Notes under the pieces: generated by a model
What the model saw: only the letters and a program-made list of their open reading frames with translations
What the model was told of the DNA's origin: nothing
Database searches by the model: none
Source of the DNA: Albugo candida
Taxonomy: Eukaryota
Assembly (NCBI GenBank): GCA_040437565.1
Contig: JBDOQK010000047.1
Location: 124,001 to 188,000 of the forward strand
DNA length: 64,000 nucleotides
Reading direction: 5' to 3'
Made by a program: the position numbers and the translations under genes
In this document: positions 24,301 through 35,405 of the stretch, in pieces
Layout of the letters: each line of letters starts with the position of its first letter
Position numbering within the stretch: position 1 is the stretch's first letter

Positions 24301-26885
24301 ATCGACACGTGCGTTTTGGCCATTTCATTTTGAGTCTCTGTAGTCTTGAACGACACAAGACGATCTGGTGTCTCCAAAATTTCAGATTCAAAAGACTGGA
24401 CACCATCGACGCGCATCTGCATCTCAACATGTGACCGAGCCATTCCCAATTTCAGTAATTTGAAGTATTTGGCCAAATCCGGGTGATCTTCGGCAGCAAC
24501 CTGCATATTCTCATCTCGCTGCTGCGAAGAAGAGTGGTCTGAGTCAGTTTCTCCTTCCTCTCCATCGATCAAAGACTCTTCCTCGTAATCATGGTACAAT
24601 TCTTTATTTGAGAGGAGAATGATGGGTCCAGGATGATATTCAATCGATGGATTCTCACTCGTATATTTTTCGAGAAATTCGGTGTACCGATCACGCAATT
24701 GTAGTACGAGTTTACGGTCGTCGTATGACATTTTGAATTCCCGAACCTCTTCCACCGGAGCGAGAAGACTCACTTGCCGAATCAAACGCTCAGAAAGCGC
24801 CCACATCTCCTTACCAATGATGCGATCAGCTGGATAAAACAACAATTGCTGCAAGATCGATAGAAAATACTCTTGCAACTCGTTATCCGATGCTGCACTC
24901 TGCATCAACCGATCAAAAATACTCTGATGAGAAGACAAATCTGTGGTCTCGTATATGGTATCTTTACGATCGTCTTCCATGAATGCTTCAAACACTTCAA
25001 TCTGTTTCTCCATATTATCCAATTGGGAGCGTAATTGCTCAACACTGTTGTCGGAATTTGTCGTCTCGCCGTTGGAATCACTCACAATGGATCCTCGTGC
25101 TCCATTGCTATGGTTTTCTTCGCGTGGAGTACCGACTCCGTGTCCGACACTCTGACTGGATCCTCCTGTCGTCACTGGAGTCACATGTCCCGGAGAAACA
25201 ACGACATCCTTTGCAACAGGTCCGAAACCACTTTCTACTTTGATGGCTGGTGGAGTCATGATTGCTGGTGTTCTGGGCACAGAAGCGGAATGCAGATGCT
25301 CTTGTGGGGTACGACATCCTTCCATGACACTCTCACACGAGTTTCGACGGTGATTCGTTTGTCGCTGAACAGCAACTGATTTCGCTCGAACTTGTTCAAA
25401 GTATCCCGCCATTTTCAGCGCCATGAAATCGCCTCGAATCGCCAGACGATCTTCCAGCCGAATTGCTTTATTGACAATGATATTGATAAAGCTCAAGACA
25501 TCTTCTTTGAATGCCAATGAATACCGCGCCGATTTGAGTGCATCACGCAAACAACTGAATCGAATGGCTTCGCCTTTGGCTTCCTGGTAGTGATCGAATG
25601 CTTCAATTACAGCTCCGTGACCAGCGGCGCTATTATAACAAATAATTCCCAAGAATTGCAATGTCTGCTTCTTCAATTCAACATCATCCGTATGAAAACA
25701 CAACGCGACTTTCTTGACAAGACCAGGTATACTTATTAAGGCCTCGATTCCAGTTGTGAAATGAGTCAATGATCGTAAGACGCGAAGCAATACTTTGCAG
25801 AAGTTGACTGCTTTATCGAATTTATTCATTTCGATGGAATACGGAGAAGGGTCAGGCAATTTCATCGTCAAGTAATCCAATCCAAAATGATCTAGAAATG
25901 AACCAGCCCATTCGATTGAGTTGGTTGATATCTTGATGACCAGCTGTTCCAACTCTTTCACTCCTTTGGAGTCCCATTTCAACTCGACCAAGCTTTCTGC
26001 CATTCGTGCGGCTTCAGCGATATTCAATTGTGGTTTATCTTCATCATTTTCATGTTGTTGAGCGCTACAGCAAGAGAATGCAATCAATATTCAGTCTCAT
26101 CTTTCAGCAAGGCGAACGTACCACCACACGATGTTCCATTTATTATCGATGGGCTCAATGCGTACAAGTTCGTCCATTACGTCGTCTGGAACGCGGCGTT
26201 TGATCAGCAAATCTCGATACATTTCATTCACCGTTTCTTCTTTTGGCATTGGCGGTCTTTCTTTGATTTTAGCGGAATTGCTCGTTGGAATTCGATTCGC
26301 AAAGAATCCTCGAAAATATTGCAATTTCTCATTGAAATTCGAATCTTGCGCTGGATTTAATGAGAAAAAATCGGATATCCTAGATTTTGAGTGGCTTTCC
26401 TGATTGGCTGAAAAATTTGGTGGGTTTCTTCGAAATTCTAACCGTAGCGGCCAAACGCTCGGATCCTTTTGCATCTGCATTGCATAATTGATAATTTGCT
26501 CGAAAGGAAGGTCGTCTAAATGTAACTCGTGCATCATTTGTAGTATGTCCCCAATTTTTACTCGACCACTTGATTCAACGTACCCTTTAGTGGTTCCATC
26601 TAAAAGGCGAAAACCACGAACAATTGCACCGCGTTGTGGTTTGCCCTTTTCAACGTGTCGAGCCTGTAGATCAATTCCTAATGGACCGGATGTTGGGACA
26701 TCGATTGTGAAGATTAATGGACGCTCTTTTGTGACTCGTGGATCATTGGAATAGATGGATCGACGTCTCGAAGAAGTGTGGAGGCCAAACGATAAACTAC
26801 TGGGCAATGCGCTCAGTGACGAACGTGTTGATTCTTTCTCTCTGGGATTGGGATTCGTGTTTAAAGAGCTTCGTCGTCTCCACAT
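21338..26885 (-). CDS. Formin: PDZ, GBD/FH3, seven CCDC53-like repeats, FH2; intron 26065-26121; 231-nt artefactual duplication at the gap
   Basis: FH2 motifs KLRNLYW..GTIW, KRANNIGIML, LGNRLNDGTARGGAKAFRLDTLLKL, FFGED; PDZ GPLGIDL..GRVKIGDIL. Confidence 0.92.
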
Positions 26886-27217
26886 ATTAATGTATACAAA
26901 TAAAGTAATTGTGATCGAATGCGGACCTGTTTTTGTTCTTGTATCGGTTTTGTGCTAGATTTGTAATGTTTCTATCTCCTTTTTGGAAGCAAGTGTAGAA
27001 ACATGGACAAAAGTGAGAGTGCACCGAAGAAAGCTTGAGTAGGACAGAGTACCGGCGATACGGTACAGGCAATGTCAAAAGCTTTGGGGTTAAGGTTCAT
27101 TTCGAGAAACCCTAACCACGAAAGAGAGTGCATGTGAACCCATATCCTACCCAAAATGTTCAGTACAGTTCGGAAAATGACTTTCGCGTAACATTACAAA
27201 AATTGATCTGCACCAAA

Positions 27218-28044
27218 ATGTGTATTCTCTGCTCAGGTTCTCCCGTCGATGGAGACATCCGCGGTCAAAATTCCAACGAGTTTATGGTCGGTATGATGTC
27301 GGCTCCTTGCACTTCACCTTGCTGTACGTAATTACATCACCTTCCTTCTCATTCTGTCAAGCATGACATTCCATTCGATCTAGGTTGTCTCGCATCTTGC
27401 TTTTGTCCTTGCTGCGCACAATACATCATCCGGCGGAAGGCATTAGACAATGATATGTCAAAATATGTTTGTTTCCAGGGATACTTAGACGGAGTTATTC
27501 CATGCCTTCGCTCCGGTCAATGCGGCGAGCGTTCTTGCCCTCATTGTTGCTTGTGCTTAGAGGTACATTTCTTGCAATCTACTTTATCTGACAATCCTCA
27601 CTTTCTATCTTACCGCAGTCTTGGCTATGTAACGGATGTGCTGTATCTGCCACCAGAATGCTGGTCATGGATCGGTACAATTTGCGTCCCGACAAGTGGG
27701 ACAATCGTATCATTGTAAGTTGATTACAACAAGTGAAGGAATCGAATCAACTTATAAAGATGTTCAATGTAGCGGTGTAATAATTGCATCCAATTATTGA
27801 GTTGTGTTTGCTCTTGCCTTGCGATTTGTATATCCGAGTTGGGTAATTGTGCAGATCTTTTGAATTGCTTTGCGCAGTGTACGTATATGACGACCCAAGG
27901 TTGCATGACGGTACGATTCGTATTCTCGAATCATTTCAACTCTCATGATTCTATAAATTATATATATAGGCGCAAGTCAATGTGGAATTGAAACGTCGAA
28001 AAAATTATCGAGCTGCCGTGGATGAGGTCATGGACCGTGTATAG
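27218..28044 (+). CDS. PLAC8-family Cys-rich protein; multi-exon
   Basis: Exons read MCILC..APCTSPC, CLASCFCPCCAQY..RRKAL..YVCFQGY, CGERSCPHCCLCLE, PDKWDNRII, GCMT|AQVNVEL. Confidence 0.8.
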
Positions 28045-28128
28045 CTAGTCACGAACCGTATGTAGAATGTATATGTGGTAGTACCGTAATAGTTCACGTA
28101 AATCACAAACATTCTATCAAGTCATTTC

Positions 28129-30345
28129 ATGGGTCCCGTGGAGCGACAGGAAGAAAATGAGATTCCTGAGCCAGATCATATAACTGTGCAAGGGAAAGTG
28201 ACTGGTATAATCTATCCGCCACCAGATATACGTGCTGTGGTTGATAAAACTGCGCAGTTTGTTGCTCGAAATGGCCGCAATTTCGAACGGCGTCTTGCAG
28301 GCGAAACTAGCTCCACAAAATTCTCTTTTCTTAAGCCATCCGACCCATACCACACGTACTATGAGTTCAAAGTGAATGAATTTACAGAGAAAGATTTTGT
28401 TATAGAGGAGAATAAAAAGTCACAAGAAAATGAAACAACGGATGAGCACTCAACAGAACACTCGGCAAGCGCAAAACCATTGGAGAAAAGTACGAATGCT
28501 GAGAGTGGATCGAATGCAGGGAGCAAAAATGAGGTGATTTTCGAGAAAAAAGCGGTGGAAACATTAACTGCAAAAGTATCGCGCAAGCTGAATGAAAAGA
28601 CAGTGGAGCCTCCGCCGCCAGAGCTGTACAAGATACAGCACCCCACATTGAGCGCTTTAGATCAAGAAATCATGTATCTGACTGCACAATACACCGCGCA
28701 TAGTGGCAAATCTTTTTTGGCTGGTTTGGCAACAAGAGAGCAGCGAAATCCGCAATTTGATTTTTTAAAACCCACACACGCCTTATTTGCATACTTTACG
28801 GCTTTAGTGGAGAGTTATGCTCAAGTTTTATCGAAATCCAAGGAACAAATGCACAGGTGAGAAAAGCATTGTATTGGCCGATGCCGTCACGAAATGATAC
28901 CAACATTTCTGTGAGGGACGGTACTGGTACATGATATCAATATTTTTATTATATCCGCAACATCACTCAATATTACCATTATGATCACGTAGAATCGAAG
29001 AAGGAATGAGTCGAATGAAAGTGCTGGATCGATGCGTCCATAGGATGGAATGGATGCGAATGGAGCACGAAAAACAGGCAAAAGAAGTTGCTGAAAGCGA
29101 CGCTGAAAGGCTGGCGCTGGCACAAATCGATTGGCACGATTTCGTTGTGGTCGAAACAATTCGCTTCAATGACGAAGAAGACGCTCAAGATGAGAAAGCT
29201 GACGATGCAAAAGATGAACTTCCGGCTTCAGATGACGACATGGATATGGAGGATGACAGCGACGACGAAGCTGAGAAACCCAACATCAAAGTCGTGGACG
29301 ATTACGTACCGCTTGTCGGAAAGCATGCTGCCAAATCCGTACCACAATCGATGATGACTGTCGACGGAAAAACGATATCCTCTGCAGATGCGAATGAACA
29401 CATGCGAATTCTTTTGATGAATCCGAAATGGAGAGAGGAATCTCAAAGACATTTGGAAAAACAGAAAGACACCTCTTTTGCCGCAGGATCCGCTATTGCC
29501 GACTCACTTCGTCGGTTTGCCACTAAACGAGCCGATATTTTCTCTTCTTCTGCGGAAGAGGAAGCAAAACTTTTAGAGAATGAAAGGAAAAGAGAAGAGA
29601 AATGGAATCAAAGTCTGGAGAATCTACAAGAGGCTGATGAGGTGCACGATGCAAATCAGCAGTCTTTCGGACATTCGGACGCTGTGCCTTACATGCAAAC
29701 TGGATTTCCGCCACATATGCCTCACAGTGCTTCCAATGTGTGGCCTCCAAACATGCCGCCAGGTGGAATGTACCCGCCCTCTATGTCCCATCAGGCGCCA
29801 CCGGGAATGGAAGCTAGACCGATGCAGCTACCTCCTGGTCTCGGGCAACCTCTCAACATGATGAATGGTCCTCCAGGATCCATGCCAATGCCTCAACCTT
29901 GTGCTCCAGGTGATATGCCCTCATTATTTGATGAGAATCCGAACGCAAAACGTTTGAAGACAGATACTGGCTCCATGCTTCTACCAGAGGATGAATTTGC
30001 TGCCCTCCATCCTGTAAGTCTTTCTTCATTCTTCTCAATCCTACGCCATTGTTTACGATTTTGCTTCATTAGGGCTCATTGCTGATGTCTGTAAAAGTGC
30101 CCAATGATCCAAGTTGTGATCTATGGAAGCTCGAAGGTCAATCACTCAATGTAGAAGTCGATATCAAAGACTCCATCCGCACACTGAAGGAAAAGTTGAT
30201 GGAGCAATTGGGAATGCCAGTCAATAAACAACAGCTTAAAACCGCTGTTGGGTTTCTGAAGGATACGCTGAGTTGCGCCCATTACAATTTTGTCAATGGC
30301 ACAAGTGTCGAGTTGAGTGTTCGCCAGCGCGGAGGCAGGCGATAA
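28129..30345 (+). CDS. SF3A1: Splicing factor 3A subunit 1 (two SURP domains, PRP21-like region, C-terminal ubiquitin-like domain)
   Basis: GIIYPPPDIRAVVDKTAQFVARNG, NPQFDFLKPTH, IDWHDFVVVETI, terminal RQRGGRR; introns 28857-28992 and about 30014-30071. Confidence 0.95.
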
Positions 30346-30365
30346 ACTCTATTATTATTACAGAA

Positions 30366-31341
30366 TTAACCATGGGATTGTTCTTCTCTCTTTTCCATTT
30401 CGATCATACTTTTCTTCAGATATTGCAATCTCAACATGAGCGTTTGTGTCGCTTTTAAATCTCTTTCGACATCATATGTTTGTTGCAACTTTTGTAGGAT
30501 GATACTGATATCATTTCCGACTTGAGTTTTGAGAGCTTGTAGGTTGGAGAGTGAAGCAGATGCGATGTTTTCTCTACGTTGTGATGAGCGTTATACGCGA
30601 TGTATGTCACTAAAACGGGTTGGATACCGAATTTCCATGGTTTCCATAAGCAAAGCGGGATCGATAGTGGCGTTTGATGTCTCGTCGAGCGCATTGATTC
30701 CATGCAGCTTCAGCTATTTGACACGTGTTAGGCTATACAGACATAAAGAAGGAACAGATTACCAGCATATCGATACGTCGAATGGGGTCTTTTAGCGTCC
30801 GATAAGCGTCATTAACAAGTGCGGAATTGGTTGCGGATAGTTGCTGTTCATACTTCAACACGGTGAACTGATTCATGCACTGATAGTGTGACTTACCTGA
30901 GATTTGGATCCAAACAAGNNNNNNNNNNNNNNNNNNNNNNNNNNNNNNNNNNNNNNNNNNNNNNNNNNNNNNNNNNNNNNNNNNNNNNNNNNNNNNNNNN
31001 NNNNNNNNNNNNNNNNNNTTTTAAATCGATATGATACTTGCGGGGTCTAAGAATCGAACTGCGATGATACGTTGCAAAAGTAATTATCATAGGCGTACAA
31101 GCTAAATATCTTGAATGTGTCGCACTGTTTCCTGTTCTCTACCGGAAGGATTGCGTCGCATTTCGTGCAGAAAAATACGCACAGTTCATTCGTTTCTTGG
31201 CACTTCCAACACGCTTCTACATAGTAGCTCTTTCAATCGACTGATCACTCGGAAACGCATTTATGTACTCAGCGATATAGCGCTACAGAACAATCTTTTT
31301 TGCAATAAAGTGCGCGCACCACGCGATCGCAAAGAAAACAT
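30366..31341 (-). CDS. HSC20: Mitochondrial Fe-S co-chaperone HscB/HSC20/Jac1; multi-exon, J-domain core partly in the N-gap; missed by the ORF track
   Basis: Exons: MFSLRSRGARTLL presequence, CWKC..FFCTKCDAILP Zn motif, SALVNDAYRTLKDPIRR, DPALLMETMEIRE, LRLQYLKK. Confidence 0.85.
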
Positions 31342-31505
31342 TTTTAGTCCCAAATCGAGACCAAGCTTGCACTAAATTCATGTACATTTATGTATCAGNN
31401 NNNNNNNNNNNNNNNNNNNNNNNNNNNNNNNNNNNNNNNNNNNNNNNNNNNNNNNNNNNNNNNNNNNNNNNNNNNNNNNNNNNNNNNNNNNNNNNNNNTG
31501 TACAT

Positions 31506-33036
31506 TTATGTATCAGTCATGCCTTGAAATACTGACGAATGTGACTGCTCTTTTGGCGGCGGGAAACTCAGAACCACCTTTTCTCCTTTCAATGTATTCC
31601 GCAAAATAAGATTGGCTGCACGGTAAACATCTGTCTTGCCGCCTTTGCTCCGAAAACCTCTTTGTTCGGCATACGCTTCCGCAATTGTCCATGGACTCCA
31701 TTCTACATTCAGTATCATTTAGATTAGAAGCGGCCAGTTGCAGACATACCGTCCTCCTCCTCAATTGACTTGAGCTTGTAGACGTCCATCAGCGTTGGAC
31801 GACAGTTTTCGGCGATCATTCGGATGCAGCTGTATGGTTCGCGGACTTGAGCAATTGGAAAGCTTCCAAAGAGAATTTGCAAGGAAGGTGGTACATTAAA
31901 GCGTGGAAATACGATGCCAGGACAATCGAAAACTTGCAGCTTCTCGACCTTTACATTGATACCATCGAGCGCTGATGATACGTCGGGATAGTAATGTGAT
32001 TGTAGGTGCTTAGTGTGACCTGGTGTCTGCGAACTACTGACCAATTTCTTTTCAAACAGGGTATTCAATAATGTGCTTTTGCCAACATTTGGCTCACCCA
32101 CAAAACCCAGATTCCATGTTGGACTTGAATGTGATGTATCATTAGCTATGATATCTTTGATCACTTGAAAAAAAGTGTTGTTACAAACTTTGGATTCCGG
32201 AACGCTGTACGTCATAACTGGTAGTCTAGATGCAAACGTGTTCCTGATGTATTGGATCCAGCTATCTACGCGATCTAAACTCACCAAATCGGTTTTTGTG
32301 AGAATAACCACCACACTTTTCTTCATTTCCAAAAGGTACTGAATGAGCTGATCGCTGAGATGAAGTAGTGGACACCGAGAATCAACTAAATGGACCAATA
32401 TCTGCGTTTGCTCTATCACACGCCATAGTTCCCGCCACGTGTTCAAATTTCTTTCGAATAAGTTGATGCATGCACTATCGTTCCGAGATGACTGAATTGC
32501 CTTGATCTCATTTATCCAGCAGTTGTAAGATTGTTCTTCGACATCGTGCCATTCGTCCGGAGTCATATTCTTTGGATTCAATTTGGGTTTACACAGAATC
32601 GGAGCCTGATTGCTCAGATGATGCAATTTGTAGGTTGCATAAAGCGAATACTGAAAATCGGATTCAGCACCTTCCACCAGCGGTCGTGTAGCATCACGTT
32701 TGCGTGCATTGATAACGGATTTGGACTCCAGTTCAAAAATGCTTCTTAAATCTTTTTCAAGTCCTCGCTAATTGGAAAATTGAGATTAATTAATCTGTGT
32801 ATAGTATACATCATGTACGGTAGTGGTCGGAATGGGCTCTGAAATGGGTGCTACTTTGTCGCATTCTTCCTCTTCAGAAGAGTTCTTGTGCAGTCGCGCT
32901 CTATTCTTTTCGCGTTTCAGCTGTAGCTGCAATGAGAGATACAGTAGTTTCGTAGCACAGAGATTGAATAGGAAGACTAAACCTGCTTTTTCTTTGCTTT
33001 GTTGCCAAATGGTATGCGACGATTCCGTTCCGACAT
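31506..33036 (-). CDS. GNL1: Circularly permuted YlqF/YawG-family GTPase, GNL1-like; multi-exon
   Basis: N-terminus RIPFGNKAKKKQLQLKREK; FERNLNTWRELWRVIE; motif order TKTD, GEPNVGKS, TPGHTKH, DCPG; IAQVREPY. Confidence 0.88.
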
Positions 33037-33085
33037 TAGCACATGTGAGTACAGTAAGTGTTTTTATTGAAGAACTTTTTGTGCG

Positions 33086-33820
33086 TCATATTTGTAGACG
33101 GTTGCTGGAAGTGGAACGAACTGAAGGAGCAAACGTGCATCCTCGTAATTCTTGCTCTTCCTTCATACGTTGTAGTCGGATGCTCCTCTTTTTCATATAC
33201 TCAGGATCATAGAGTCGCGAAGAAATAAGACCTGTGCAGTCAGTCTTGGAAGATATCCCAGATGCGCCGGAATGGAACGATGTTGAAGACACACTTGACA
33301 GCACAGACTTCCGTCTGGCTGGCTTCATAACCGCATTTGCGCTATGGAATCGTTCATTTCGACTCCGCAGTGACTGGAGCTTTTCCTCTCGTCTCTGGTG
33401 AAAGTCGGGCTGATATAATCTGGAAAAGACTGTCCCGCCATCTGTGCGAATCGATAAATGTGATTGTATAGAATCCGACACGGAGCCAGCTTGACTATAT
33501 TTTCTGACATTGTGATCATGAGGGGGACGAAGTCGCGATACGTTTTCTTTTGTGAGTGCTGCAACCTTGCTTTTTGGGCGAGGCACATGTGGTCGTTCGC
33601 TATAATCTGCGTTATAAGGTGTGAATGTTATGTAAATGATGCACCACCATTGGCTTTTACCGTTTTTACGACGATTTTGCGCGTGCTCAAGCTTCATTAG
33701 AGCTTTGTTTCCTTTGTCTGAATCATCTAGTGACCGTAGCATTGAATGCAACTTATCAACATCTCTCAAAAGCTGCTGCACGGTCGGAATCGACATTCTA
33801 TCTTGATGAATCGGGTTCAT
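33086..33820 (-). CDS. Hypothetical basic protein with two SRLY-helix repeats and a CTFxP motif; probable intron
   Basis: VFSRLYQPDF.. and ISSRLYDPEY..ELRGCTFAP within a 264-aa ORF. Confidence 0.6.
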   Translation of the reverse strand: MNPIHQDRMSIPTVQQLLRDVDKLHSMLRSLDDSDKGNKALMKLEHAQNRRKNGKSQWWCIIYITFTPYNADYSERPHVPRPKSKVAALTKENVSRLRPPHDHNVRKYSQAGSVSDSIQSHLSIRTDGGTVFSRLYQPDFHQRREEKLQSLRSRNERFHSANAVMKPARRKSVLSSVSSTSFHSGASGISSKTDCTGLISSRLYDPEYMKKRSIRLQRMKEEQELRGCTFAPSVRSTSSNRLQI

Positions 33821-33988
33821 TTTTGGTGCATTAATAAATTCGCTTGTAGAAAGCAATATAATTGGACATAAATGGCACACTATCGAATCGGTGCATATGA
33901 TTGACGTTCATTTCGACAATTCCAGCGTCTATTCTATCGCTGTTCTTCTACAATAACAAAAAAAATTGCATGTAACCTAGTTCTCTTT

Positions 33989-35119
33989 CTATTGAAGAAA
34001 TAGCTTTATTGCTAATTCTCCACTAGAATCTTGGAACTCTCCATTTGCATTGGCCTCGAATAAAATGGTGACAATCCCCGCGTTTTGCTTCTGAGAAGCC
34101 AAATGCAGCGCTGTTTCATCAAAAGTGTTGGTTTTCATGCTCAACAGTAACGATAGTTTGATTGGCTCTAGACTTTCAATGATTCTTTGACAGATGGTTG
34201 GTAAATTATAAAGAGAAGCATAATGAATAGCTGTGTATCCTTGAACATTGCACTTCAATAATACTGTTTCCGCGCAGTTTCTTTGTTTTGCGTGCTCAAT
34301 CAAAACGATAGCACAGTCTTCATCAATGGCGCTACATGCAAGCATTAATGCATTATTTCCATCTTCATCACACAATGTGATGTCAGCAGCGTATCGTAAC
34401 AGTATCCGAGTAACAGCCGAATGCCGATACTTAACACTCAGCAACAAAGCGCTCTGTTGATAAATTGTCCCGTCAGGCGCGACAGAATTGACAGTTTGAT
34501 TACATTCCGCTCCATTGCATAATAGTAATTCCACTATATCGACATGACCATTCGCACTTGCGGCCAGCAATGGACTAAGACGCATGTTCCGATCAATGGC
34601 TGCGTTATACACTATACCGACCCGAGAATCCATTTCCAATTGATGTGACAGTTTGCCATCGCTGATCAGCTTACTAATAACTGTCGTCATTCCTTCCAGC
34701 GCGGCCAATAAGATTGGCGTCACACCTCTCTCATTACATAGGTCTTTATCAGCATCATGATCGAGAAGCCAAATCGCAACGTCCGTTTGACCATACAAAC
34801 AAGCACTTAAGAGCGGCGTGCAACCCCACATGCCTCGATAATTGATCAGATTGCTTCTTTCTTCGTCTCTGATGCTTTTGTAGATTGCTTCTAATTCATT
34901 AACTTTTCCTCCTTTCACAACTTGAATAAATTGAATTGCATTTTCGTCAAAGCTTGCATACTGGCTTCGTTTTTTGGCATTGAATTTTGTATCTTGAAGT
35001 GTGGATGGCTCGGGAAATAACGAGTTCAATTTAGTGTGCTCCTTATTCTTTGCTGTTCCTGACAGTTGAGAAATTACATTTTGCGGCACCACCGAATTCT
35101 TTGATAGTTTGGAACCCAT
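33989..35119 (-). CDS. Ankyrin-repeat protein with a predicted N-myristoylation site
   Basis: MGSKLSK start; multiple ankyrin motifs (TPLLSAC, TPILLAA, SPLLAAS, TAIHYA, TALHLA). Confidence 0.85.
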   Translation of the reverse strand: MGSKLSKNSVVPQNVISQLSGTAKNKEHTKLNSLFPEPSTLQDTKFNAKKRSQYASFDENAIQFIQVVKGGKVNELEAIYKSIRDEERSNLINYRGMWGCTPLLSACLYGQTDVAIWLLDHDADKDLCNERGVTPILLAALEGMTTVISKLISDGKLSHQLEMDSRVGIVYNAAIDRNMRLSPLLAASANGHVDIVELLLCNGAECNQTVNSVAPDGTIYQQSALLLSVKYRHSAVTRILLRYAADITLCDEDGNNALMLACSAIDEDCAIVLIEHAKQRNCAETVLLKCNVQGYTAIHYASLYNLPTICQRIIESLEPIKLSLLLSMKTNTFDETALHLASQKQNAGIVTILFEANANGEFQDSSGELAIKLFLQ

Positions 35120-35294
35120 GGGAAACTCGTTTATAAATAGCTTTAATAGGATTGTGATGGAGTTTTCGTTGTCATAAGTGATCTATGACTGAAACAGCTG
35201 GCTCGATATTCTATAGAGACAGTAAGGTCTTCTGTGCTGATCACTTAGCATCGCGTGATGGTCACCTGAATTTTTATTGGACGAATGCTGGAAC

Positions 35295-35384
35295 CTTCAA
35301 CTTCAACTTCAACTACACAAGTGCAGAGTGTTGATCACTTCAACTTCAACTTTGCGATGTGCGTAGTGTTTGTTTAACTTCAAC
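35295..35384 (+). promoter_or_regulatory. Cluster of six CTTCAAC motifs in a divergent promoter
   Basis: Copies start at 35295, 35301, 35307, 35338, 35344 and 35378. Confidence 0.6.
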
Positions 35385-35405
35385 ATCTTGCAGCTACTTG
35401 GCGGG

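Noticed and set aside
27107-27115. AAACCCTAA telomere-like motif
   Set aside because: Single copy in a promoter; not enough to call a telomerase template or interstitial telomere
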